From assembly GCA_001189195.1 (NCBI GenBank), contig LFCQ01000003.1:7059-71058 (forward strand): a stretch of 64,000 nucleotides of DNA. The letters are read 5' to 3'. Position 1 is the stretch's first letter. The number at the start of each line of letters is the position of its first letter. The stretch comes from Parcubacteria bacterium C7867-007. GTDB lineage: Bacteria; Patescibacteriota; Minisyncoccia; Phycocordibacterales; Phycocordibacteraceae. The notes under the pieces are model-generated. The model searched no databases. It was not told the origin of the DNA and saw only the letters and a program-made list of their open reading frames with translations. The position numbers and the translations under genes were made by a program. This document shows positions 39,643 to 48,835 of the stretch, in pieces.

Positions 39643-40218
39643 ATGACGCGATTTGGATGGATGGTATTGGGGCTTGTATTGCTGGGTATCGCACTTATCG
39701 CAGCAGGCTGGTACTTGGTTCGTAACTACGCCACACAACAGAGTCCAGCACCTATCGCGACGTCCACTCCTCAAACTGATCTCACTGAGAGCTCCATATA
39801 TACGAATGGTACGTATGGATTCTCTATCATCTATCCAGCATCAGATAGTATTTCTGAATCCTTCACCCCGTGGCGCGCAGGAGCCGTAGCGAGTGGCACA
39901 CCGCTTGTATCAATCACTGATATAGAAGGGGTGGTACGAGTGGGTGCAAGTTCTGACCCTAAGGCAATTGATTCTTGTATTAAAACGGGGCAAGCAGAAA
40001 AAGTATTAGCAGACATGGCACTTGGCAGCAGCACGTTTAAAGTTTTCACACGTGATGAGGTGGGGACCGAAAATGAACGACGTATAACCAGCTACCGCAC
40101 TATTCATGAAAAGGCATGTGTGGCGATAGAGCTATTTCAGCCATTAATGGAGGGGGTACCTGCTACAAGTACTCGATTGAACGATATGTTGTTAAGTTTC
40201 TCGTTCGCGCGCCCATAG
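39643..40218 (+). CDS. Hypothetical surface protein (PsbP-like)
   Basis: N-terminal TM; 'YTNGTYGFSIIYP' and 'MLLSFSF' ends, common in CPR surface proteins. Confidence 0.7.
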   Translation: MTRFGWMVLGLVLLGIALIAAGWYLVRNYATQQSPAPIATSTPQTDLTESSIYTNGTYGFSIIYPASDSISESFTPWRAGAVASGTPLVSITDIEGVVRVGASSDPKAIDSCIKTGQAEKVLADMALGSSTFKVFTRDEVGTENERRITSYRTIHEKACVAIELFQPLMEGVPATSTRLNDMLLSFSFARP

Positions 40219-40294
40219 CGCACCTTGGTCCATTGAATCTATTGATAGCAGAGGTACCATATATACACGCCTATCAGCACTAACCTTATTCTGT

Positions 40295-40630
40295 ATGATG
40301 CTCATCGTTCACTGGATTATCTCTGCAATTGCCATTGTTATCTCTGCGTACCTCATTCCAGGGGTGCAAGTCACCCTTGTGAGTGCTTTGGTTCTTGCGG
40401 TGGTACTTGGCATCATTAACACCTTCCTTAAGCCCGTTGTTAATTTGATTACTCTTCCAATTAACATCATTACGCTTGGACTGTTCTCATTGGTGATTAA
40501 TGCGCTGTTTATTCTTCTGGCTGCACAGGTTGTGCCAGACTTCTCCGTTACCGGCTTCTGGCCTGCATTCTTCTTTGCAATTGTGCTCTCACTGGTGAAT
40601 GCGGTGCTTGGTGCGATGAATCGCGACTAG
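40295..40630 (+). CDS. YvlD/DUF360 'phage holin family' 4-TM protein
   Basis: 'INTFLKPVVNLITLPINIITLGLFSLVINA'. Confidence 0.9.
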   Translation: MMLIVHWIISAIAIVISAYLIPGVQVTLVSALVLAVVLGIINTFLKPVVNLITLPINIITLGLFSLVINALFILLAAQVVPDFSVTGFWPAFFFAIVLSLVNAVLGAMNRD

Positions 40631-40654
40631 TTAGTATAGAAAAACGGATGGGGC

Positions 40655-40969
40655 TCAGGGGTGAACCCCTGAGCCCTTTTCTGTATAGCCACCGTTTTCA
40701 AGTCTATTAACGACAGCGCTGACGTGTTTGTCGAGGTCATTCTTGTACTCTCGGATCTCGACTTCACCGCGTCGTGCGTACTGCCGGATCACATACCCCT
40801 CGCGAAGTTCTCCCGGCAGCAACTGCAGAATGAAGCCGTTCAGGTTAAGGCAGCGATGCAATTTGTCTTTTGGAATGTACCACTGCGTACAGAGCCACCA
40901 GACTAAGCACACCGCCCCGATGACAAACTCAAGGAATCCCATGAGCGCCATATACAAACGAGTACCCAT
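40655..40969 (-). CDS. Hypothetical membrane protein
   Basis: One TM; SD GGAGG; TTGACA at 41025-41020. Confidence 0.55.
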   Translation of the reverse strand: MGTRLYMALMGFLEFVIGAVCLVWWLCTQWYIPKDKLHRCLNLNGFILQLLPGELREGYVIRQYARRGEVEIREYKNDLDKHVSAVVNRLENGGYTEKGSGVHP

Positions 40970-41080
40970 TTCAACCTCCAAAGATCAGATTTAGAGAAAG
41001 CATGTGTTTCAAGATCGATTGTCAATATATTCAACGCATAACTAATCGCGAAGGGCAAAGCGTGTCGTATACTTATCGTA

Positions 41081-43831
41081 ATGGCACTGGAAGGACCAGC
41101 GCGACCAATACGGTCGCCAGAAGAAGAACTTGCATACCTGCGTGCAGAAGTGCTCGCAAAGGAACAAGAACTTGCTTCACTGCGCGTGGATAAACCACGT
41201 GAGACTGTCATACATGAACGCATTCTGCACCATGCAGAACAGCCGGGACACCAGGTACTTGATTCGAAGTACCAGATGAAGCAGGAGGAGAAGCACGAGC
41301 TTGCACTTAACCTTGAGCCTCGGGCTGATGATGAGACCATGGAGGAACTCCGAAAGATTATCGAGACAAAAGGCATTCATAATGCGTTCGGTGTACTTGA
41401 GAAGCTTAAAAACCCGCACCTAGAAGATGATTTCCATCGGTTCCTTGTGCAGTATCTTCTTGCAGGTATGCCACTTGGCATGAATGAGAAGCAGCCAGAG
41501 TGGAAAGGTCTCCATATGACGCTGTATGAAGTCTCCTTGCCTGAGGCAAACGCTGATGATGAATCACGGAGGAAATCTCTTAAGGAATTGATATCTGCTA
41601 TGGAGCAGTTCTATTCCGGTATGCTTGCAACAGAGCATGCGGTTGCAGGAGAGCCTGCACACTTCACGCTTGAACTAGCTGTACCGGTAAACAAAGCTCA
41701 TTTGATGTTTTATGCCGCTGTTCCAAACACCAAGCGTGATTTGTTTGAGAAACAACTGCTCGCCATCTTCCCAAGTGCACACATCGCTCCACAACCAAAC
41801 GACTACAACATCTTCACGAATGGTGGTGCATCATTTGGTTCGGTAGCGGCACTAGGAAGGCCGGGTATGCTTCCTTTAAAGGATTACGGAGACTTTGATT
41901 ATGATCCAATCAATTCGATCCTAAACGCCTTTGCAAAGATTGCCCCTGAAGGTGAGGGTGCATCACTGCAAATCGTTATTGCGCCACAAGGAGATAGATT
42001 CATAAAACACTACAGGAAGGTATTGAGTGCACTTCGTAGCGGAGAGACGAGTCATACCGCCTTTCATCTTCCCGAGTCTTTCTTGGGAGAAGCAGCACGC
42101 GATATCACTAAGACTTTTTTCAGCAAACAGAAGACAGAGGATGACTCTCAAGAGAAGGCACGACAAATTGAATCTAATAAAGGAGAAATTGAGCATGTTG
42201 AGCGAAAGCTAGCGGCACAAATAGTCGCTACCAATATGAGATTGGTAGTTTCCTCAATGGATGGAAATAGAGCTGAACAGATATTGGGTGAGCTCGAGTC
42301 TGCGTTCCATCAGTTTGAGAACCCAACGAGTAACCGGATTGAATGGAAACGAGTGTCGCGTAACACCCAGCGTACCCTCTTTCATGACTTCACCTTTCGC
42401 ACCTTTGAAAAGGGCAGTGAAGTACCTCTTTCAATTAAGGAGCTCACCACCATCTTCCATTTCCCTCCTTCAGGTATTGCATCATCTCCGCATCTAAAGC
42501 AATCTCGCTTCACCGCAGCAGCTGCTCCACTAGAACTTCCTCATGAAGGTATTCAACTTGGTACTAATACGTATCGTGGGCAAGACACGGATGTGTTGCT
42601 GGCACCCGAAGATCGTCTCCGTCATTTGTATGTGATCGGACAAACTGGTACCGGTAAGACATCATTTATGAAAACGCTCATTGAGCAGGACATAAAAGCG
42701 GGGAATGGTGTTTGTTTCATTGATCCCCATGGCAATGACATTCTTGATGTGCTGGCATGCGTGCCTCCTGAGCGATATGAGGATGTTATATACTTTGACC
42801 CCGCATATCTTGATCGCCCTTTTGGTCTCAATCTCCTGGAATACGATCCTGCATTCCCTGAACAGAAGACATTCATAGTTAACGAGCTCCTTGCAATCTT
42901 CCGTCGTTTGTATGGAGATGTACCTGAATCCATGGGCCCTGCCTTTGAACAGTATTTCCGCAACGCAACATTGCTCGTGATGGAAGACCCTGCTTCAGGT
43001 TCAACTCTCATGGATATTGGTCGGGTGCTTTCAAATAAAGACTTTAGAGATCTAAAACTATCTCGGAGCATGAATCCGGTAGTGAATCAGTTCTGGAATG
43101 AAATAGCCTCACAGGCTGAAGGTGAGGCATCACTTGCAAACATTGTGCCGTACATCACAAACAAGTTTGATGACTTCACCGCGAATGATTTCATGCGTCC
43201 TATCATTGGCCAACAAGAATCATCCTTCAACTTCCGGGACATCATGGACAAGAGAAAGATTCTTCTGGTGAATCTTTCTAAGGGTCGTTTGGGTGAACGG
43301 AATGCAAACCTCATTGGTTTGATCATGGTGGGCAAACTCTTTATGGCGGCACTTTCTCGTGCAGATGATCCACGGGCAGTGTTCCCTCCGTTCTATGTGT
43401 ATATAGATGAATTCCAAAACATAACCACAGACTCAATTCCCGCTATCCTCTCTGAAGCACGCAAATACAAGCTTTCCATGACCATGGCACACCAGTTCTT
43501 GGCACAGGTTGATGAAAAGACTCGTGATGCAGTATTCGGGAACGTGGGATCCATGGCTGTGTTCCGAGTTGGCCAGGAGGATGGAGAATTCTTTGCAAAA
43601 CAATTTGCACCCACGTTCTCTGCGCCAGACTTCATTAACATTGAAAACTACAACGCATACGTGCGTATGCTTGCAAATGGTGTTCCTCAAAAGCCATTCA
43701 ACATCCACTCACTAAAGCCCGTTGAAGGAAATCAAAATCAGATTGATGACTTACGAGAACTTTCATACCTCACGTATGGACGTGATCGTGCTACTGTTGA
43801 GGGAGCAATTAGAGCAAAATATCTTTCGTAA
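41081..43831 (+). CDS. VirD4/TraD-like coupling ATPase (CPR type, long N-terminal region)
   Basis: RHLYVIGQTGTGKT, FIDPHG, YIDEFQN, LSEARKYKL, AHQFLAQ, GNVGS. Confidence 0.88.
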   Translation: MALEGPARPIRSPEEELAYLRAEVLAKEQELASLRVDKPRETVIHERILHHAEQPGHQVLDSKYQMKQEEKHELALNLEPRADDETMEELRKIIETKGIHNAFGVLEKLKNPHLEDDFHRFLVQYLLAGMPLGMNEKQPEWKGLHMTLYEVSLPEANADDESRRKSLKELISAMEQFYSGMLATEHAVAGEPAHFTLELAVPVNKAHLMFYAAVPNTKRDLFEKQLLAIFPSAHIAPQPNDYNIFTNGGASFGSVAALGRPGMLPLKDYGDFDYDPINSILNAFAKIAPEGEGASLQIVIAPQGDRFIKHYRKVLSALRSGETSHTAFHLPESFLGEAARDITKTFFSKQKTEDDSQEKARQIESNKGEIEHVERKLAAQIVATNMRLVVSSMDGNRAEQILGELESAFHQFENPTSNRIEWKRVSRNTQRTLFHDFTFRTFEKGSEVPLSIKELTTIFHFPPSGIASSPHLKQSRFTAAAAPLELPHEGIQLGTNTYRGQDTDVLLAPEDRLRHLYVIGQTGTGKTSFMKTLIEQDIKAGNGVCFIDPHGNDILDVLACVPPERYEDVIYFDPAYLDRPFGLNLLEYDPAFPEQKTFIVNELLAIFRRLYGDVPESMGPAFEQYFRNATLLVMEDPASGSTLMDIGRVLSNKDFRDLKLSRSMNPVVNQFWNEIASQAEGEASLANIVPYITNKFDDFTANDFMRPIIGQQESSFNFRDIMDKRKILLVNLSKGRLGERNANLIGLIMVGKLFMAALSRADDPRAVFPPFYVYIDEFQNITTDSIPAILSEARKYKLSMTMAHQFLAQVDEKTRDAVFGNVGSMAVFRVGQEDGEFFAKQFAPTFSAPDFINIENYNAYVRMLANGVPQKPFNIHSLKPVEGNQNQIDDLRELSYLTYGRDRATVEGAIRAKYLS

Positions 43832-43841
43832 CAATTGATGT

Positions 43842-45836
43842 ATGTCTGAATGGCCTCCAAATAGAACACCAACACAGAAGGAAGAGGTACCTGAAACTGT
43901 TGAAGTTGAACAGGTATCACGAACCCACAATGAACATGTTGATACGCATACGGAATCTGCAGAAGTCTTTCAAGCAGCAAACGAAGATTTCGAACACGAA
44001 GCACAACTCCTAGAGAAAGGTGCCACTGATCAATATATGGAAATCGCAGCTCATATTCGAGCTGCAGGTGTTGAGCCTAATGATATTAAGGATGCATGGG
44101 GTCCAGCATACAGTCTCCTAACACGTATGCGCGGAGCCGCTCATTCCTATGGAACTGCAAAAACAAGCGCAGATCGGAAGAAGTTGTTGAAGCTATACAA
44201 CAAGCTAGAAAATGAACTTCTCACTGATATTGCACCAAAAACAAAGGCTGCAACTGAAGCATGGTTAGAGAATCATGAGCCAAAGGAAGTATCACCAGAT
44301 GCTGGGTTGGAGGAACTAGGTGATCTTGAACATGTTGAGACTCCATCTGAGATTGTGACTGAACCAGAGGTTCAAGAAACAGATGGACCTTCTCCTGATA
44401 CCAGTAACGGAGTTAAGGGTATTGATAGTGATGCAGATGAGCCAATCACTATGCTCAACCCAGCGCTTAATAAGTTGTTTGAGGGCAAGCAGAAGAAGCC
44501 CAAAGCTCGTACTCCGCGTGTAAAACCACTTGTATTCAGTGAGCCTGAACCATGGATGACGACATACAAAGGAGGTACAGACAGTATTCCTGAGACCCAC
44601 GCCGAACAGAAGGCCGCATTGCGTCGTAGTGTAGAGGAAATCCAGAAGGACCTAGATACTAAGCAGGCAATTCTAAAAGCCTTTTACGCAAATGCTGCAA
44701 AGACTGAAGGTATCAAAGAAACCAAACGCTTCCAGGAACATAATGGTGGGAAGGTTGAGGACAGTCTTGAAAAGAAGATTGTTGATACCGAAGCAGAGGT
44801 TATCAAGCTTGAGAAAGAGCGAGCTGAAGCAGCTGCAGCTCCACACATGGAAACTGCAGTAGCTGCTGCAGAGATCGCCAGCGATGTTGTTGCAGATCAG
44901 TCGGAGCAGGAAGTGAATGATAGTAACGTGTTTGAGCTAGCAGACGCACGAGACGCACGTATGAAAGCGCGTCAGCAGAGTATCGTAAAGAAGCATGGCA
45001 AGGGAATGGTAGGTGCTCTGGGTGCACTCGTTGTTTCATTCTTCGGATTCTCCTCAACAGAGAAAAGTACTGCAGCGGAGAATGCCGAGAACACTGCACG
45101 ATTTACTTCAACGGGGGCAGTACAAGAGCAAAAGGCAGAGGGTGAAAGAATCTTGGCAGGCGGAAAACCAAAACCAGTAGTGATTCCTTCCTCGAGAAAG
45201 ACACGTGTCACACAATCTGAGGTTGATACTCCAGAGATTGATCGCACCAGTGATATTGAATTGATCAATAGGGAACAATTAAAGGTAGACAGACCCCTAG
45301 AGGAACACGGTCTCCCAGTAGGCACCGATGCAAGGATTAGTGACTTCTTGAAGGAGATTAAAGAAAGAGATGCGCGCCCAACAGTATTAACCTCAGTCTC
45401 TGAATCAACTGTTTCCGATGGGGCACCAGAATTAAAGTCAGGTCCGGAATCTGTATCCGACCTTGCAGAAATGAATGTAGGTATTCTTGATGAAAAGAAA
45501 GTCTATACCAATAGACACGGAGAAACTATTGATCTGAGTGTTCCTAAGCAGTACGCATGGCGTATGCCTGGAAGCAAGGAGACATTCCCTGTGGTAGATG
45601 GAGGTACTCAAGAAGAACGTGAAGCATGGGCAGATGAGTTTTTAAACAACAACCCAGGCTTTGAATACATACTAGTTCCAACACGTAACCAAGTATCAGG
45701 AGAGGTGGAGTTGCGAATGCGAACCCGGGAGAAGAATGTTAGTTCAGGGCTGGTTGGTCCCGTGTGGCTTAAGAACACAGGATCCGAGCTTCCTGTACCA
45801 AGCCCTGAAGATTATGTGCGTCGCCCTGGGACCTAG
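43842..45836 (+). CDS. Large acidic hypothetical protein with one central TM
   Basis: 664-aa ORF, Glu/Lys-rich; hydrophobic 'MVGALGALVVSFFGF'. Confidence 0.75.
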   Translation: MSEWPPNRTPTQKEEVPETVEVEQVSRTHNEHVDTHTESAEVFQAANEDFEHEAQLLEKGATDQYMEIAAHIRAAGVEPNDIKDAWGPAYSLLTRMRGAAHSYGTAKTSADRKKLLKLYNKLENELLTDIAPKTKAATEAWLENHEPKEVSPDAGLEELGDLEHVETPSEIVTEPEVQETDGPSPDTSNGVKGIDSDADEPITMLNPALNKLFEGKQKKPKARTPRVKPLVFSEPEPWMTTYKGGTDSIPETHAEQKAALRRSVEEIQKDLDTKQAILKAFYANAAKTEGIKETKRFQEHNGGKVEDSLEKKIVDTEAEVIKLEKERAEAAAAPHMETAVAAAEIASDVVADQSEQEVNDSNVFELADARDARMKARQQSIVKKHGKGMVGALGALVVSFFGFSSTEKSTAAENAENTARFTSTGAVQEQKAEGERILAGGKPKPVVIPSSRKTRVTQSEVDTPEIDRTSDIELINREQLKVDRPLEEHGLPVGTDARISDFLKEIKERDARPTVLTSVSESTVSDGAPELKSGPESVSDLAEMNVGILDEKKVYTNRHGETIDLSVPKQYAWRMPGSKETFPVVDGGTQEEREAWADEFLNNNPGFEYILVPTRNQVSGEVELRMRTREKNVSSGLVGPVWLKNTGSELPVPSPEDYVRRPGT

Positions 45837-45891
45837 GCACTGGTTTGTGCAGTGATATACTAATCCCACTAACAGCTAATAACCGTTTCGT

Positions 45892-46422
45892 ATGCAAGTT
45901 ACTTCTACTGGTATCGCTGTGGCCCTTGCGGTCGTTGTGGCACTCGGGCTTCTTTTCTTTGGGCCTAGCGTGTTTGCTCCGTTCTCTTCAGAACCAGCGG
46001 CAACAGAGATGGAAATGATGCAGATGGCAACAACTACCGAATCCATGGATATAAATAATGAAGCAATGGGTGCATCAGCAGCAAATGCACTGCCAACTCA
46101 ATTCACCGTAACTGACGTTGTTGTTGGTACCGGTGCAGAGGCAACTGCAGGAAAAACAGTAACCGTTAACTATGTTGGAATGCTTCCAGACGGTACGGTC
46201 TTCGATGCGTCTGCAAATCATGGCACCACAGGTTTCAGCTTTCCTCTCGGTGCAGGTCGCGTCATTAAGGGATGGGATCAGGGTGTTGCGGGTATGAAAG
46301 TGGGTGGCAAGCGTCATCTCGTGATTCCTCCAGAGCTAGCCTATGGAAATCAGGCAGTGGGTGGAGTTATTCCTGCGAATGCAACACTCGTATTTGATGT
46401 TGAATTGGTTAACGTTCAGTAA
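45892..46422 (+). CDS. FKBP-type peptidyl-prolyl isomerase, membrane-anchored
   Basis: VTVNYVG, VIKGWDQGVAGMKVGGKR, IPPELAYG, IPANATLVFDVEL. Confidence 0.96.
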   Translation: MQVTSTGIAVALAVVVALGLLFFGPSVFAPFSSEPAATEMEMMQMATTTESMDINNEAMGASAANALPTQFTVTDVVVGTGAEATAGKTVTVNYVGMLPDGTVFDASANHGTTGFSFPLGAGRVIKGWDQGVAGMKVGGKRHLVIPPELAYGNQAVGGVIPANATLVFDVELVNVQ

Positions 46423-46435
46423 GAAAAGATAAGAA

Positions 46436-46472
46436 GAAGGACCCGGCACGAATGTGCGCCGGGTCCTTTTTG
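46436..46472. terminator. Bidirectional terminator
   Basis: AAGGACCCGGC...GCCGGGTCCTT followed by a T-tract. Confidence 0.8.
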
Positions 46473-46491
46473 TTTGGTCGACCGAAACGAC

Positions 46492-47085
46492 CTAGTCAGG
46501 AGTTGTCGCAGCAGCCGTAGCCGGTGCGACCTTGATCCTGCCATTGGCTCCAGGAGCCTTCCCGCCGGTCACGACGAGGACGATCGCGCCAGGGAATTCC
46601 CCAGCGACGCGGTCCATCTTCTCTTTGGTGCAGGTGCCTTTGGCAGCACCTGCCGAGTTGGCCCCGGTCATGGCGCCAGCGACAACGCCGTTGGCGCCGC
46701 CAGCGACTGCGCCGTAGCCGCCGTATCCAGTGGCCGTCTTGGAGACGTACTTGACGCCGCCCTCGAGGCCCAAGCCACCGGAGACGGCGTATAGGCCGGC
46801 TCCATAGGCGCTGGATTGCAGCAGTCCGGCGACCTGTTGGTCGACGTCCTTGCTGCAGGTCACCGAATAGCGGACGGCGGTGTCGTACGCCAACTTCGGA
46901 ACGAGACGTTCCGGGTTCGCATTCGAACCGACCTTGCAGGTTCCGGTGACGAGGTCGCAGTCCTCGTGGCCGACGATGGCGTTTTGCGCCAGCGGGGCTT
47001 GCGAGTATCCTGCGAGCGGTGAGGTGGCGCAGGCCCCCACGGTCAGGGAGACCATGATCACCAGTGCCGTTGACATGATACGCAT
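46492..47085 (-). CDS. Putative lipoprotein with glycine-zipper region, GC-rich
   Basis: Lipobox VGAC; GxxxG/A runs 'GGYGAVAGGANGVVAGAMTG'; SD GGAG; TTGACA at 47177-47172. Confidence 0.7.
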   Translation of the reverse strand: MRIMSTALVIMVSLTVGACATSPLAGYSQAPLAQNAIVGHEDCDLVTGTCKVGSNANPERLVPKLAYDTAVRYSVTCSKDVDQQVAGLLQSSAYGAGLYAVSGGLGLEGGVKYVSKTATGYGGYGAVAGGANGVVAGAMTGANSAGAAKGTCTKEKMDRVAGEFPGAIVLVVTGGKAPGANGRIKVAPATAAATTPD

Positions 47086-47233
47086 GTGGATCACTCCAGG
47101 TTGGTTGTTTCGATTGAAATTTGTTAGAGCAACGCCCTCTGGGTATATTTATATCACACTAAAAAGAGTATTGTCAAGGCCTTGTATAAGGCCGTAGCTT
47201 GCGTAAATAGCAAGGCACGGATACGGTAGGAGT

Positions 47234-48454
47234 ATGAGTTCCCTTAGGTTTTCTATAACTTCCCGTGAGGGTATGGCACGTGCAGGTACCCTTGGTACCC
47301 CGCACGGTGAGATCCAGACCCCTGCATTTGTGCCGGTGGGTACAAAGGCGGGTGTGAAAGGCATACTACCGAGCATTCTTGAATCACTTGGAGCACAGGT
47401 GGTTCTTGCAAATACATACCACCTATACCTTCAACCGGGAGAACAGATAGTTAAGGATGCAGGGGGTCTTGGTACCTTTATGGACTGGAAAGGTCCCACC
47501 ATGACTGATTCTGGTGGCTTCCAAGTCTTTTCACTGGGTGCTGCTTTTGGTCGTACTATTACGAAGATTGCAAAAGGTGAGGAACTTCCTCGAGATCAAG
47601 GGATGGCTGTGTATGACCAAGAAGTACAGAGCCAACACGGACAACTGGCAGTCATAGATGATCAGGGAGTAACCTTCACCTCGCATCATGATGGATCACT
47701 CCATCGTTTCACCCCAGAACGATCTATTGAAATTCAGCATGCTCTTGGCGCAGACATGTTCTTTGCCTTTGATGAATGCACTGCACCAACAGAACCGTAT
47801 GAGTACCAGAAGGAAGCGATGGAGCGCACTCATCGTTGGGCACTTCGTTCCATCAAGGCACATCGTCAGAACATAGAAGCTAGTCGCACGCAGGCAATCT
47901 TCGGTATTGTGCAGGGAGGTCGTCATACTGATCTCCGAAAGGAAAGTGCAAAGGAGATTGCCTCACTGGGCTTTGATGGTATTGGCATCGGTGGTTCCTT
48001 TAGCAAGGAAGATATGCGGGGAGCACTCCAAGCAGCTATTCCTGAACTTCCTGATGAGCTACCACGCCATTTCCTCGGTATCGGTGAGCCAGGTGACGTA
48101 CTAACAGGTATTGCAGAAGGTATGGATCTCTTTGATTGTGTTGCGGCAACACGGCTTGGACGACATGGCACTATTTATACGAAACGTGGTCCGATAACCC
48201 TCACAAATGAGAAGCATCGAACAGAATTCATGCCTCTTGATCCAGAAACTCTAGTGCCTGGCACAGAAGGGTTCACTCGTGCGTATGTATCGCATCAGCT
48301 CCGGAGTCACGAACTGCTGGGACAAATCATTGCTTCAATGCACAATCTTGGATTCATTATCCAATTGGTTGATGGGGCACGGGAGGCAATACATGAGGGG
48401 CGGTTCGCGACATACCGCGAAGACTTCATCAGGAATTACTACGGCACTGTATAG
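47234..48454 (+). CDS. tgt: tRNA-guanine transglycosylase
   Basis: TPAFVPVGT, LANTYHL, TDSGGFQVFSL, GIVQGG, DLFDCV. Confidence 0.96.
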   Translation: MSSLRFSITSREGMARAGTLGTPHGEIQTPAFVPVGTKAGVKGILPSILESLGAQVVLANTYHLYLQPGEQIVKDAGGLGTFMDWKGPTMTDSGGFQVFSLGAAFGRTITKIAKGEELPRDQGMAVYDQEVQSQHGQLAVIDDQGVTFTSHHDGSLHRFTPERSIEIQHALGADMFFAFDECTAPTEPYEYQKEAMERTHRWALRSIKAHRQNIEASRTQAIFGIVQGGRHTDLRKESAKEIASLGFDGIGIGGSFSKEDMRGALQAAIPELPDELPRHFLGIGEPGDVLTGIAEGMDLFDCVAATRLGRHGTIYTKRGPITLTNEKHRTEFMPLDPETLVPGTEGFTRAYVSHQLRSHELLGQIIASMHNLGFIIQLVDGAREAIHEGRFATYREDFIRNYYGTV

Positions 48455-48486
48455 ACGCGTGAAGGACCGATCTCATGGATCGGCCC

Positions 48487-48786
48487 TTACTTGATTCGCC
48501 AGAAGCGCATTCTGCCCCCACACACTTGGGATTCTATCTCATGATACCTTGCAGCGTGGTAGCACTGCTCATTTAATGTTTCTCGTTCAACGTCGCTTGA
48601 AACTTCTGGAGAATGGAAATGAGTCCAAATAATTCTAAGCATCATCTCTTCAAATGAAGTACCTGGCCATCCCATAGAAACGGGACGACTGACGCATATC
48701 AAATACCTACGTATATTTGGGTACTGCGCCAATTCCTCCCTAAACGCCTCCAGCAGTCCAAGTGCAATACTTGCATGTATCATCAT
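48487..48786 (-). CDS. Hypothetical protein
   Basis: 99 aa; SD GAGGTG; hairpin CCGATC/GATCGG at the stop. Confidence 0.5.
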   Translation of the reverse strand: MMIHASIALGLLEAFREELAQYPNIRRYLICVSRPVSMGWPGTSFEEMMLRIIWTHFHSPEVSSDVERETLNEQCYHAARYHEIESQVCGGRMRFWRIK

Positions 48787-48835
48787 GTGTCACCTCGTGC
48801 ACTGATTCCTAAATAACTATACAATTGAGACATCT

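Noticed and set aside
40295-40630. Prophage lysis gene suggested by the 'phage holin family' label
   Set aside because: YvlD-type proteins are common chromosomal membrane proteins and no phage structural or lysis genes are nearby.
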